A DNA stretch of 64,000 nucleotides, taken from the NCBI GenBank assembly GCA_035687145.1, contig DASRYM010000044.1, positions 31,821 to 95,820 on the forward strand, written 5' to 3'. The notes beneath the pieces are model-generated. The model was not told the origin of the DNA. It was given only the letters and a program-made list of their open reading frames with translations, and did no database searches. How positions within the stretch are numbered: the first letter of the stretch is position 1; each line of letters starts with the position of its first letter. The position numbers were made by a program, and so were the translations under genes. The stretch comes from Candidatus Zixiibacteriota bacterium (GTDB taxonomy: Bacteria > Chloroflexota > Limnocylindria > QHBO01). Below, in pieces: positions 9,312 to 20,521 of the stretch.

Positions 9312-10853
9312 ATGATCGCCACCAACGTCCGCCGCCTGGGGGTCTACCTGCTTCTGGCCTTCGCGGCCATCAGCGCCGCGCTCTCCTGGTGGCAGGTCCT
9401 CGACGCGCCGACCCTGTCGAGCCGAGCCGACAACCCGCAGGTCATTGCCGCCCGGCGCAGCGCGCTGCGCGGCTCCATCTTCGACGCGCGGGGGAACCTG
9501 CTGGCCTCCAGCCGGCTGGTGGCGGGGATCAGCACCCGCACCTACACCGACCCGGCCTTCACGCACGTCATCGGTTACGCCAGCCTGCGCTTCGGCACCA
9601 CCGGCGTGGAGCGCGCCTGGGACGACGTGCTGACCGGCCGGGCGGACCCCAACCCGCTGAACGACCTGGTCAACGACATCCTCGACCGGCGTCCGCCGCC
9701 GCGTGACCTGACGCTGACCATTGACCGGCGGCTGCAGGACTTCGCGCTGGCCCAGCTCGGCTCGCAGGTGGGGGCCGTGGTCGCCCTCGACCCGCGCAGC
9801 GGCGAGGTGCTGGCCATGGTCTCCACGCCGACCTTCGACGCCACCCCCATCTCCGGCGACCCGGCCGTCGCCGCGGAGCCGATGGCCCAGATCCAGGCCC
9901 AGCCCAACAACCCGCTGGTGGCCCGCGCCCGGCAGGGGCGCTACACGCCCGGCTCGATCATGAAGGTGGTGACCGCCGCCGCCGCCCTGGACGCCGGGGT
10001 CATCACGCCCCAGACGACGTTCCCCGACCAGCCGCAGCAGGAGCGCGACGGGTTCGTGGTGGAGGGCTTCCGGGTGCGCGAGCACGACCTGGGCAGCATC
10101 CAGCCCGATCTGTGGCCGCTGTCGCCGGCCCTCCAGGTGTCGAGCAACATCTTCTTCGCCCACGTCGGCCTGGAGCTGGGCACGGAGGCCTACCTGCAGT
10201 ACGCGCGGCGCTTCGGTTTCTGCGAGCCGATCGAGATCGGCAGCGGGTCGCGGTCGCTGCCGGTGGTCCCGTCGTACGTGACGGCCCAGGTGGATGGCGA
10301 CTGCGCGCCGTTCTCCGATCGCGCCGAGCTGGCGCAGGCGGCCTTCGGGCAGGGCCGAGTGGACGTCACCCCGGTGCAGATGGCGTTGGTGGCCGCCACC
10401 ATCGCCAACGATGGCGTCATGCGGCAGCCCTACGCCGTCCGCGACCTGCGCGTCCACGCCGACGACCCGAACGCCGGCCCCAGTGACCAGGTGATCGAGC
10501 GCTACGGTGGCGGCGAGGAGCGGGTGGTGAGCGCCGAGGCTGCGGCGCAGACCCGGGCGGCCATGGTGGACGCGGTGAATGGCGAGCTGGGCGTCGTGTT
10601 CGCCGGCGGCGCCAGGCTGTCCAACTTCGGGATCGCCGGGGCGCTGGCGGCGGGCAAGACCGGCACCGCTGAGCGCGGGCCGGGCCTGCCGCCGCACTCC
10701 TGGTTCATCGGCTTCGCGCCCGGGCAGGAGGGGGCGGAGCCGACCATCGCGGTGGCGGTCATCGTCGAGGGCGGTGGCAGCGGCGCCGGGCGGGCCGCGC
10801 CCATCGGGGGCGCGGTCATGGCCGAGTGGCTGCGGCTGCAGGGTGCCGGCTGA
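9312..10853 (+). CDS. pbpA: class B penicillin-binding protein (transpeptidase)
   Basis: An N-terminal TM anchor is followed by the three transpeptidase motifs SIMK (SxxK), SSN (SxN) and KTGTA. Confidence 0.85.
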   Translation: MIATNVRRLGVYLLLAFAAISAALSWWQVLDAPTLSSRADNPQVIAARRSALRGSIFDARGNLLASSRLVAGISTRTYTDPAFTHVIGYASLRFGTTGVERAWDDVLTGRADPNPLNDLVNDILDRRPPPRDLTLTIDRRLQDFALAQLGSQVGAVVALDPRSGEVLAMVSTPTFDATPISGDPAVAAEPMAQIQAQPNNPLVARARQGRYTPGSIMKVVTAAAALDAGVITPQTTFPDQPQQERDGFVVEGFRVREHDLGSIQPDLWPLSPALQVSSNIFFAHVGLELGTEAYLQYARRFGFCEPIEIGSGSRSLPVVPSYVTAQVDGDCAPFSDRAELAQAAFGQGRVDVTPVQMALVAATIANDGVMRQPYAVRDLRVHADDPNAGPSDQVIERYGGGEERVVSAEAAAQTRAAMVDAVNGELGVVFAGGARLSNFGIAGALAAGKTGTAERGPGLPPHSWFIGFAPGQEGAEPTIAVAVIVEGGGSGAGRAAPIGGAVMAEWLRLQGAG

Positions 10854-10979
10854 TCGGTGCCCCGGGCGTGTCCATCGGCGAATGAACCGATGGCCCGTGA
10901 ACCGTCGTCGATATGAGTGGGGTATTGTCATGCGGAGGGTTCGCAACGAGCATCCGCCCATACTGAGGGGTGCCATCGG

Positions 10980-11942
10980 GTGAAGAACGTCCAGGAGCCG
11001 GCCGAGCGCGTGGTGGCCAACGTTGAGCGCGTCATCGTCGGCAAGCACGCCGAGGTCCGCATGGCCCTGGTGGCGCTGCTGTGTGAGGGGCACATCCTGA
11101 TCGAGGATGTGCCGGGCGTCGGCAAGACGATGCTGGCCAAGGCGCTGGCCCGGAGCATCGGGTGCACGTTCCGCCGCATCCAGTTCACCCCGGACCTGCT
11201 GCCGTCCGACGTGACCGGCCTGTCGATCTTCAACCAGAAGACGCAGGAGTTCGAGTTCCGGCCGGGGCCGATCATGGCGCAGGTGGTGCTGGCCGATGAG
11301 ATCAACCGCGCCACCCCCAAGACGCAGAGCGCGCTCCTGGAGTGCATGGAGGAGCGCCAGGCCACCATCGACGGCGTCACGCACCCCATGCCCGAGCCGT
11401 TCCTGGTGATCGCCACCCAGAACCCGATCGAGTACGAGGGCACCTTCGCCCTGCCCGAGGCGCAGCTCGACCGCTTCATGCTCCGCCTGCGGCTGGGCTA
11501 CCCGCGGGCCGTGGAGGAGATCGTCATCCTGGACGAGCAGAAGCGGCAGCACCCCATCGAGGAGATCGGACAGGTGCTCTCCTACGAGGAGCTGCGCCAG
11601 ATGCAGGCCGCGGTCAAGGAGGTGTACGTCGACCAGTCAGTGGCCGACTACATCGTGCGGCTGGCCAATGCCACCCGCGAGCACCCCGACGTCTACCTGG
11701 GCGCCTCGCCGCGCGGCTCCATCGCCCTCTATCGCTCGTCGCAGGCGCTGGCCGCGCTCGACGGGCGTGACTACGTGATTCCCGACGACGTGAAGGCCCT
11801 GGCGGTGGCGGTGCTGGCGCACCGCCTGATCGTGAAGAGCCAGGCCTCGCTGCGCGAGGTCGACCCGGACGCCATCGTGCGCGAGATCCTGAGCCAGGTC
11901 CCCATCGGCGAGGCCAGCGGCGCGGCAGCCGGTCCCCGGTAG
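10980..11942 (+). CDS. MoxR-family AAA+ ATPase
   Basis: Walker A is EDVPGVGKT and Walker B is VLADEINRA. MoxR-type helix 2 and sensor blocks are present. GTG at 10980 is preceded by GAGGGG. Confidence 0.9.
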   Translation: MKNVQEPAERVVANVERVIVGKHAEVRMALVALLCEGHILIEDVPGVGKTMLAKALARSIGCTFRRIQFTPDLLPSDVTGLSIFNQKTQEFEFRPGPIMAQVVLADEINRATPKTQSALLECMEERQATIDGVTHPMPEPFLVIATQNPIEYEGTFALPEAQLDRFMLRLRLGYPRAVEEIVILDEQKRQHPIEEIGQVLSYEELRQMQAAVKEVYVDQSVADYIVRLANATREHPDVYLGASPRGSIALYRSSQALAALDGRDYVIPDDVKALAVAVLAHRLIVKSQASLREVDPDAIVREILSQVPIGEASGAAAGPR

Positions 11943-11969
11943 CCGGGTGACCGGGGAGAGGATGCGCAG

Positions 11970-13223
11970 GTGGGCGGCCTGAGCCGGCAGCTCCGCTTCG
12001 TCTTCCTCGGCACGGTGCTGGTGGTCGCCGCCTTCAGCACCGGCATCGAGCCGCTCTTCTTCCTCGTCTACCTGCTGGCTGCCCTGCTCATCGGCGCCTG
12101 GTTCTACGCGCGTCGCGGGCTGCGCGGCCTGCGGGCGGGCTACCACGTCCTGAACCCGCGGGCGCAGGTGGGGGAGGTCCTCCAGGCCATCTACCGGGTG
12201 GACAATGCCACGCGCTGGACGAAGCCGTGGGTCGAGGTGTGGAACGACTCGACCCTGCCCGCCTCGCTGCCGGGCCGGGTCATCGGCGTGCGCGCCAACG
12301 GCAGCCGGCAGTGGCTGGCCAAGGTGACGCTGCTGCGGCGCGGCTCGTATCGGCTGGGCTCGCTGCGCGTGCGGACCGGCGACCCGTTCGGCCTGTTCAC
12401 CAGCGAGATGGTGGTCGGCCAGCCGACCTGGATCGTGGTGTTCCCCAAGATCCACCAGCTGCCGCACTGGCGGCTGCCGCCGTCGCCGGTGGACGGCACC
12501 CAGCCGTCGAAGCGGCGCAACGAGGCGAGCAGCCCGCTGGTCAGCACCATCCGGCCCTACGTCCACGGTGACGCGATCAACCGCATCCACTGGCTGTCGA
12601 GCGTGCGCCACGGCGAGCTGCAGGTGAAGGAGTTCGACCTGGAGCAGACCGCCGACCTGTGGATGGTGCTCGACCTGGACCGCGCCGCGCACGCCGGCAG
12701 CGGCCAGGGGGCCTCGGTGGAGATGGCGGTCAGCGCCACCGCCTCGATCGCCGTCCAGACCCTGGCCGAGAACCGGGCGGTGGGCCTGACGGTGTCCTCG
12801 CGGCGGACGCACGTGCTGACGCCGGACCGCGGGCAGCGCGTGGAGCAGAAGATCCTGCACCTGCTGGCCAACGTCCAGGCCGACGGCCACACCCCGCTGG
12901 CCGAGGTGGTGGTCAACACCCTGCCCCAGCTGCGGCGCGGCATGACGTTGGCCATCGTCACCGGCTCCACGGACCGCGAGTGGGTGCGCGCCCTGGCCTC
13001 CCTGCGCCGCCGCGGGGTGGGCACGGTGGTGGTCCTGCTGGACCGGGCCTCGTTCGCCACCCTTCCCGAGGAGGCCGCTGAGCGAGCCGCGGTCGAGCTG
13101 GCGGCCGTCCGCCACGCCCTGACCGAGTACGGCATCGACCACTACCTGCTGCGCGCCGGCGACGACCTGTCGGAGGCGCTGGGCGGCCGGATGCCGGTCA
13201 TGCGGGAGCGGATCAATGCCTGA
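11970..13223 (+). CDS. DUF58-domain protein (MoxR partner)
   Basis: Two N-terminal TM helices are followed by the IRPYVHGDAINRIHW block typical of DUF58. The gene sits immediately downstream of MoxR. Confidence 0.85.
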   Translation: MGGLSRQLRFVFLGTVLVVAAFSTGIEPLFFLVYLLAALLIGAWFYARRGLRGLRAGYHVLNPRAQVGEVLQAIYRVDNATRWTKPWVEVWNDSTLPASLPGRVIGVRANGSRQWLAKVTLLRRGSYRLGSLRVRTGDPFGLFTSEMVVGQPTWIVVFPKIHQLPHWRLPPSPVDGTQPSKRRNEASSPLVSTIRPYVHGDAINRIHWLSSVRHGELQVKEFDLEQTADLWMVLDLDRAAHAGSGQGASVEMAVSATASIAVQTLAENRAVGLTVSSRRTHVLTPDRGQRVEQKILHLLANVQADGHTPLAEVVVNTLPQLRRGMTLAIVTGSTDREWVRALASLRRRGVGTVVVLLDRASFATLPEEAAERAAVELAAVRHALTEYGIDHYLLRAGDDLSEALGGRMPVMRERINA

Positions 13224-15534
13224 GCGCCTGCAGGCCTGGCTGGACCGATACCTCCACCCCCGCGAGGGGTGGCTGGCGTTCGGCCTGCTGTTCGTCATGC
13301 TCCTCAGCCTGGGCTGGTCGGTGCAGCGCGCCGAGTGGCTGGACCTGCTCGACTTCCTGGTGCCGGTGGCCTTCTACGCGCTGCTGCTCGGCACCCTGCT
13401 CGGCATCTCGCGGCTGAGCGTGGTCATCACCCTGCCCATCTCGGCCGTGGTCGGTGCCGCCATCGTGCTGTGGGCCGTGGGCGGCGAGTACTTCCCCCAG
13501 CTGACGCAGGGCGAGCGCCTCATGGAGCTGCGGACCGAGGCCATCGACTTCACCCTCCTGGTCATCGAGAGCGGCTACGGTCCGCAGGTGACGCCCTACG
13601 CCATCGGCCTGGGGGTGGTGATGTGGGTGACCGCCTTCATCGCCGGCTACACGGTCTACCGGCACCATCGGGTCCTGGACGCCATCCTCCTGGTGGGTGG
13701 CTTCCTGATCGCCAACGCGGCCAGCATCCGGACCAACCTCCTCGCCTACCTGGTCATCTTCTCGCTGGCGGCGCTGCTGCTCTGGCTGCGGGCGGCGCTG
13801 ATCGGCCGCGAGGAGGCCTGGCAGCGGCGACGCGTGACCGAGAACGCCGAGGTCCCGCAGTCGATCATGCGCACCGGTGTGGCGTTCGTCGCGGTGAGCA
13901 TCGTGGTGGCCTGGGCCCTCACCGGCGTGGCGGTGGCCGCCCCGCTGACCGCGGTGTGGAACAACCTGGACGGCATCTACCACGGCGTGCGCGACCAGCT
14001 GGACGGCGTCCTGGGCGGCCTCTCCAACCCGGAGGCGCGCATCAGCGGGACGGTCTTCGGCGACGGCTACAGCATCCGCGGTGAGTGGTTCAGCAGCAAC
14101 GAGCCGGTGCTGACCTACGCCGCGGACCGGGGCTACTACCTGAAGACGGCCACCTACGACCTGTACACCGGGCGCGGGTTCAAGTGGTCGGGGATCGAGA
14201 CGCGGTCGGTGGACCCGGGCAGCCTGGTCTTCCCCGAGGAGACGCCCGAGCAGCCGCTGGTGCCCGAGTCGTTCGAGGTGAAGACCCTGCAGTTCTCGAT
14301 CCAGGGCGACGTGGGGCGCAACCTGTTCACCCCCGGTTACCCGACGGTGACCTACGTGCCGATGGTGGTCGGCGAGCCGCAGGGCGGCGCGACGCTCGCC
14401 TCGCTGCGGTCCGCGAACCCCATCTCGCCCGGCCAGGGGTACGCGTTGACCGCCGCGGTCAGCACCGCCACCCGCGCCCAGCTGGCCTCGGCGGGCACCA
14501 ATTACCCGCCCGAGATCTCCGCCCTGTACCTGGACCGGTCACGGGTCACGGAGCAGGTGGCGCAGCTGGCCGTCCAGATCGTGGAGGAGGCCGGCGCCGC
14601 CAACCCGTATGAGCAGGCCGAGGCGCTGGCGACCTGGCTGCGCACCAACCCCGAGTTCGCGTATTCGGCCAGCGCGCCGGTGCCCGAGGACCCGGAGCGC
14701 GACATCGTCGACTTCTTCCTCTTCGACCCCGAGGGCGGCCGGATCGGCTACTGCGAGTACTACGCCACCGCCATGGCGGTCATGGCCCGGGCCGTGGGGC
14801 TGCCGTCCCGGGTGGCCGTCGGCTACGCACCCGGCGAGGAGATCGAGCTCCCCGGCGGGGTGGGCGGCGGCGTGTTCCAGGTCCGCCAGGAGGATGCCCA
14901 TGCCTGGGTCGAGATCTACTTCCCGGGCTACGGCTGGCAGATCTTCGAGGCCACCAAGACCATCGATCCGGTGATCCGCCCCGCCGGCGAAGCTGCGCCG
15001 TCGGGCGGCTCGTTGGGGCCTGCCCCGTCGCTGCCTCCGCTCTTCGATCCCGGCCTCGGCGAGGAGTTCGCCCTCCCCTCGTTCGACCCGATCACCGGCG
15101 GCTTCCGCCCCGGCGAGGAGGGTCCGCCCCCGTCCGACACGCGCTCGGGGAACCTGCTGATCATCGTCACCATCGGCCTCGCCATCCTGCTCCTGGCGGT
15201 GTGGCGCTGGCGGAAGGCGACCGGCCTGTTGCGGCTGCTGGCTCCGGGCGACCGGCAGTGGCGCAGCCTGACGCTGGCCGCTGACCGGGCCGGCATCAGC
15301 CAGCGGCCGTCCGAGACCATCTACGAGTACGCGGGCTGGCTGGAGGAGCAGATCCCGACCCGCCGCAGCGAGATCCGGACCATCGCGCGCGGCAAGGTCT
15401 GGCAGTCGTACTCCGGGCACGGGCTGACCGGGGAGGCGCTGGCGCGCATCGAGGAGGCGTGGAAGCGCCTGCAGCTGCCGCTGGTGTGGCTGGCCATCAA
15501 GCGCCGGATGCGCGCCCTGCTGCCGGGCCGCTAG
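13216..15534 (+). CDS. transglutaminase-domain membrane protein (TgpA-like, DUF3488/DUF4129 type)
   Basis: A polytopic N-terminus is followed by the transglutaminase core GYCEYYATAM...HAWVEIYF...D. It overlaps the DUF58 gene by 8 nt. Confidence 0.85.
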   Translation: MPERLQAWLDRYLHPREGWLAFGLLFVMLLSLGWSVQRAEWLDLLDFLVPVAFYALLLGTLLGISRLSVVITLPISAVVGAAIVLWAVGGEYFPQLTQGERLMELRTEAIDFTLLVIESGYGPQVTPYAIGLGVVMWVTAFIAGYTVYRHHRVLDAILLVGGFLIANAASIRTNLLAYLVIFSLAALLLWLRAALIGREEAWQRRRVTENAEVPQSIMRTGVAFVAVSIVVAWALTGVAVAAPLTAVWNNLDGIYHGVRDQLDGVLGGLSNPEARISGTVFGDGYSIRGEWFSSNEPVLTYAADRGYYLKTATYDLYTGRGFKWSGIETRSVDPGSLVFPEETPEQPLVPESFEVKTLQFSIQGDVGRNLFTPGYPTVTYVPMVVGEPQGGATLASLRSANPISPGQGYALTAAVSTATRAQLASAGTNYPPEISALYLDRSRVTEQVAQLAVQIVEEAGAANPYEQAEALATWLRTNPEFAYSASAPVPEDPERDIVDFFLFDPEGGRIGYCEYYATAMAVMARAVGLPSRVAVGYAPGEEIELPGGVGGGVFQVRQEDAHAWVEIYFPGYGWQIFEATKTIDPVIRPAGEAAPSGGSLGPAPSLPPLFDPGLGEEFALPSFDPITGGFRPGEEGPPPSDTRSGNLLIIVTIGLAILLLAVWRWRKATGLLRLLAPGDRQWRSLTLAADRAGISQRPSETIYEYAGWLEEQIPTRRSEIRTIARGKVWQSYSGHGLTGEALARIEEAWKRLQLPLVWLAIKRRMRALLPGR

Positions 15535-15544
15535 GCCGCGCGGC

Positions 15545-16216
15545 CTACAGGGCCAGCGGCTCACCCTCCGACTCGTCCACGTGCTGTGGCCGCCGGCCGA
15601 GCAGGTGGGCCGTGTCATTCCAGGTCTCGACCCGCCAGCTCGGTCCGTCCTCCACCCGGGCCAGGACCGATAGCGAGGCGTTGTCCACGTCCATGGCCCA
15701 GGCGCGCCGCGGCTCCAGCCCCAGCAGGTGGCGCGCCGCCAGCCGCGCGATCCCGCCATGGGTCACCAGGCAGACCGTCTCGGACGGCTCCGCGGCGAGC
15801 AGCTCGTCCAGGGCGGAGCGCACGCGGTCCAGGGCCTGCTCGATGGTCTCCGCCCCCGGCGGCTGTGCCTCGCCGGCGCGCGCGCGCCAGGCGGCGTAGC
15901 GCTCGGCGTCGGTCTCCGCCAGCTCCTCGTGGGTCCGTCCCTCCCACTCCCCCTGGCCGATCTCCATCAGGCGCGCGTCGAGGTCGAGGGACAGCCGCAG
16001 GGCGCCGGCCAGGACGCGGGCGGTGCCGGCGGCACGCTCCAGGGGTGAGCTCAGGATCCGGTCGGGGCGTGGCCCATCGGCGACGAGCCGTGCGGCCAGG
16101 AGCCGCGCCTCCTCGCGGCCGTCCTCGGCCAGCGGAGGATCCAGGTGGCCCTGGAAGCGGCCCTCCCGGTTCCAGGCGGTGATCCCGTGGCGGACCAGCA
16201 GCAGGCGGCGGATCAC
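15545..16216 (-). CDS. histidine phosphatase family protein (phosphoglycerate-mutase-like)
   Basis: LLLVRHGITAWN carries the RHG motif, and THGG is present near the C-terminus. The GTG start overlaps the upstream stop (GTGA). Confidence 0.85.
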   Translation of the reverse strand: MIRRLLLVRHGITAWNREGRFQGHLDPPLAEDGREEARLLAARLVADGPRPDRILSSPLERAAGTARVLAGALRLSLDLDARLMEIGQGEWEGRTHEELAETDAERYAAWRARAGEAQPPGAETIEQALDRVRSALDELLAAEPSETVCLVTHGGIARLAARHLLGLEPRRAWAMDVDNASLSVLARVEDGPSWRVETWNDTAHLLGRRPQHVDESEGEPLAL

Positions 16217-17382
16217 CGCGCGGCCGCGGCGACCTCGTCGTGGGCCCGGCGGGCGGCCTGGGCGGCGGCGTCCGGGTCCGCCGGCAGGCCGTGGTCGCGG
16301 AGCGTCTGGCCCATGACCCGCACCGCGTCGACCATCTCGTCGAGCTCGACCATGCCCATGTGCCCGAGGCGCAGGACGCGGCCGGCCCACTTGCCCTGCC
16401 CGCCGGCCACCACCAGCCCGCGCGAGCGCATGTCGGCGTTGAACGGCGCCCACTCCAGGCCCTCGGGCAGCCAGGCGGCGGTCACCGTCGGGGACCGGTG
16501 CTCCGGCGAGGCCACCAGCCGCAGCCCCAGGCCCTCCAGCCCGGCGGCGGCCGCGGCGGCCACCGCGCGGTGGCGGGCCCAGGTGCGCTCCGGCCCCTCG
16601 GCCAGCAGCCGTCGCACGCCGACGCGCAGCCCGAACAGGACGCTCACCGCCGGGGTCCACGGCGTCTGGCCCTTGGCCGCCCACTGACGGGCCTGCCCGA
16701 AATCCCAGTAGAAGCGCGGCATGCGGGCCTCCGTCTCGGCGGCCTTGGCCCGCGCTCCGACGGCGGCGATCCCGATGCCAGGGGAGGCCATCCACGCCTT
16801 CTGGCTGGCCGACACGACCAGGTCCACGCCCCAGGCGTCCATCTCGAATGGCATGGCCCCCAGGCCGCTGATGCCGTCCACGATGACCAGCGGCTCGCCG
16901 GGCGCGTTGCGCACGACGGCAGCCAGCTCGCGGATCGGGTTGGCCACCCCGGTGGAGGTCTCGTTCTGGGTCAACAGGACGGCCCGATAGGGGTTCCCCG
17001 CGGACAGCAGCCCGGCGACGACGCCCGGGTCCGCGGCGGCGCCCCACTCCATGTCCAGCCTGTCGACCGCGGCCCCGAAGGCCGTGGCGATGGCCGCGAA
17101 GCGATCACCGAACCCGCCGGTGCTCACCGCCAGCACGCGGTCGCCCGGCGACAGGGTGTTGACGATGGCCGCCTCCATGGCCCCGCTGCCCGAGCCGGTG
17201 AGCAGGAAGACGTCGCCCGTGGTGCCGATGAGCTCCGCGATCCCGGTGCAGATCTCTCGCTGCAGCTCCGCGAACTCGGCGCCGCGGTGGTCGATCATCG
17301 GCTCCGCCTGGGCCGCCCGGACGTCGTCCGGGACGGGCGTGGGCCCCGGGATGCGGAGGTTCTGGTGCATGGGTGGGATCAT
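16213..17382 (-). CDS. class V aminotransferase (serine/alanine-glyoxylate or phosphoserine aminotransferase-like)
   Basis: Motifs are RIPGPTPVP, TGSGSGAMEA, and the PLP-lysine block SASQKAW. Only the C-terminal 389 aa of the 767-aa ORF look coding. Confidence 0.85.
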   Translation of the reverse strand: MIPPMHQNLRIPGPTPVPDDVRAAQAEPMIDHRGAEFAELQREICTGIAELIGTTGDVFLLTGSGSGAMEAAIVNTLSPGDRVLAVSTGGFGDRFAAIATAFGAAVDRLDMEWGAAADPGVVAGLLSAGNPYRAVLLTQNETSTGVANPIRELAAVVRNAPGEPLVIVDGISGLGAMPFEMDAWGVDLVVSASQKAWMASPGIGIAAVGARAKAAETEARMPRFYWDFGQARQWAAKGQTPWTPAVSVLFGLRVGVRRLLAEGPERTWARHRAVAAAAAAGLEGLGLRLVASPEHRSPTVTAAWLPEGLEWAPFNADMRSRGLVVAGGQGKWAGRVLRLGHMGMVELDEMVDAVRVMGQTLRDHGLPADPDAAAQAARRAHDEVAAAAR

Positions 17383-17391
17383 AATCGGCGC

Positions 17392-18755
<1,364 letters not shown>

Positions 18756-18759
<4 letters not shown>

Positions 18760-19151
18760 CCCGGGCCGATGCCGGCGGCGTTGACCACCAGGGTGGCCGC
18801 CAGGAGCAGCACGACCAGGATCACCACCAGGACGCCGATGTTGCGCAGGTCGCGCAGCACGTAGTGGTACTCGGCGATCGCCTGGTCGCTGAGCCGCGAG
18901 GGACCGGTGGCGCCGTACGGCACGGCCGGCGCGCGGCGCTGCGTGCGCGGGCGGGCAGGGCCCTCGGTGGTGGAGGCCATGGCCCGCACCTCGGCGTCGG
19001 CGCGGTCGAAGGCGGAGGTCGAAGCGCCGGAGGCGGCGACGGCGGCGCTCTCCTCGAAGGAGGGCATCGACACCGGCCGCGGCGCGGGTCCGCGCTGGGC
19101 GCGACGCTGTCGCGACTTTCGGCTGGCGGCCTTGCCGCCTCGCTTGGCCAT
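18756..19151 (-). CDS. hypothetical basic protein with C-terminal TM helix
   Basis: The protein starts MAKRGGKAASRKSRQRR and ends with the hydrophobic stretch IGVLVVILVVLLLAATLVV. I recognise no family. Confidence 0.5.
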
Positions 19152-19307
19152 GCTTCTGCTCGCTCGTTGCGCTCGGGTGGACACACGATCGCCGCCGGGA
19201 GGGCGGCGTGGGGACGGTATGATACCAGCCGCTCGGCCGTGGGCCGGTCCGCCCGGCCGACGCGCGACGTGCTGAACGCCCAAGACGTGCCTCCGGAGCG
19301 CCCGCCG

Positions 19308-19829
19308 ATGGAAGAGCTCAATCGGTTCCTCGTCGAGAACCTGACCGCAGTGGTGGGCGCCATCGGCCTCCTCGTCCTGGTGCTGCTGGTGCTGGTTGCC
19401 GTTCAGACCGCGCGGCTGGGGCGTGCGGTGCGGGCCTACCGCGACCTGGTGCGGGACGGGCAGGCTGGCTCGCTGGCCGAGGTGCTGGCCGGCCACGTCC
19501 GGCGCGTGGACGCGGTCGATGACCGCCTGAGCCAGCTGGACGCACTGCACGGTGAGCTGCTGCGTCGTACCGAGACGGCCATCCGGCACGTGGGCCTGGT
19601 GCGCTTCAACCCCTTCGAGGACACCGGGGGGGACCAGAGCTTCGCCATCGCCCTGCTGGACGAGCGGCAGGACGGAGTGGTGATCAGCTCGCTGCACGGG
19701 CGGGCGAACACCCGCATCTTCGCCAAGGCGGTCACCGGCGGGACCTCGTCCCACAGCCTGTCGGCCGAGGAGGCGCAGGCCATCCGGGTGGCCGTGAACG
19801 GCAGCGCGGCCGGGGCGCCAGAGCGATGA
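19308..19829 (+). CDS. DUF4446-family protein
   Basis: An N-terminal TM helix is followed by the conserved block VGLVRFNPFEDTGGDQSFAIALLD...GVVISSLH. Confidence 0.8.
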   Translation: MEELNRFLVENLTAVVGAIGLLVLVLLVLVAVQTARLGRAVRAYRDLVRDGQAGSLAEVLAGHVRRVDAVDDRLSQLDALHGELLRRTETAIRHVGLVRFNPFEDTGGDQSFAIALLDERQDGVVISSLHGRANTRIFAKAVTGGTSSHSLSAEEAQAIRVAVNGSAAGAPER

Positions 19830-19861
19830 GGGCGTCCGCCTGACGCCCCAGTCCTGAGCCG

Positions 19862-20521
19862 ATGGACCCCGCTCTGCGGCGGGTCGCCGAGCGCCGCCTG
19901 GTCCAGGCCCTGCGCCGCCTCCACCGTCGCGAACCGCTGCGCTCCGAGGTGCGTCTGGACGCCGTCCTGGAGGAAGCCCGCGCCATGCCCCCTGCCCGGT
20001 CGCCCCGTCACCGGGGGAGCGCCCGGCTGGTGGCCGGCGACGCCGAGCTGCTCGAGGTGCTCGACGGGCTGATCGCCGGCGGGAAGGTGGTGCGCCGCGG
20101 CCGGCGAGTACGGCTGCCGGACCACGAGCCGACGCTCTCGCCGACCATGCGGGCCCGTGTCGACCGCCTGCTCGATGGCCTGCGCGCCGCGGGCACCGTC
20201 CCGCCGCGGGCGGACGGCATCGCCGCCCGGCTCGGCGTCCCGCCCCCGGTCCTCCAGGCGTTGCGCGATTCCGGGGAGCTGGTGTCCGTGGCCCCCGGGA
20301 TCGACTACCCGCGCGACGTGTGGGAGCGGCTGAGCGCGCGGCTCGAGGCGCTGGCGGCCTCCGGACCGCTGACCGTCGCCCGGGTCCGAGACGATCTGCG
20401 CTCGACGCGCCGGCACGCCGAGGCGCTGCTGGCCCAGCATCGCGCTCGCCGGCGCGCCCGGCGGCGCGGCGGGGGAGCGGGCGAGTCCCGCGGGGTCAGG
20501 TCGCGGCGCCGAGGCGGGTGA
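19862..20521 (+). CDS. stand-alone SelB C-terminal-like winged-helix protein
   Basis: The pattern VRRGRRVRLPDHEPTLSP...LLDGLRAAG...LTVARVRDDLRSTRRHAEALL resembles the tandem WH domains of SelB. No GTPase domain is present. This is a recollection-based assignment. Confidence 0.5.
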   Translation: MDPALRRVAERRLVQALRRLHRREPLRSEVRLDAVLEEARAMPPARSPRHRGSARLVAGDAELLEVLDGLIAGGKVVRRGRRVRLPDHEPTLSPTMRARVDRLLDGLRAAGTVPPRADGIAARLGVPPPVLQALRDSGELVSVAPGIDYPRDVWERLSARLEALAASGPLTVARVRDDLRSTRRHAEALLAQHRARRRARRRGGGAGESRGVRSRRRGG

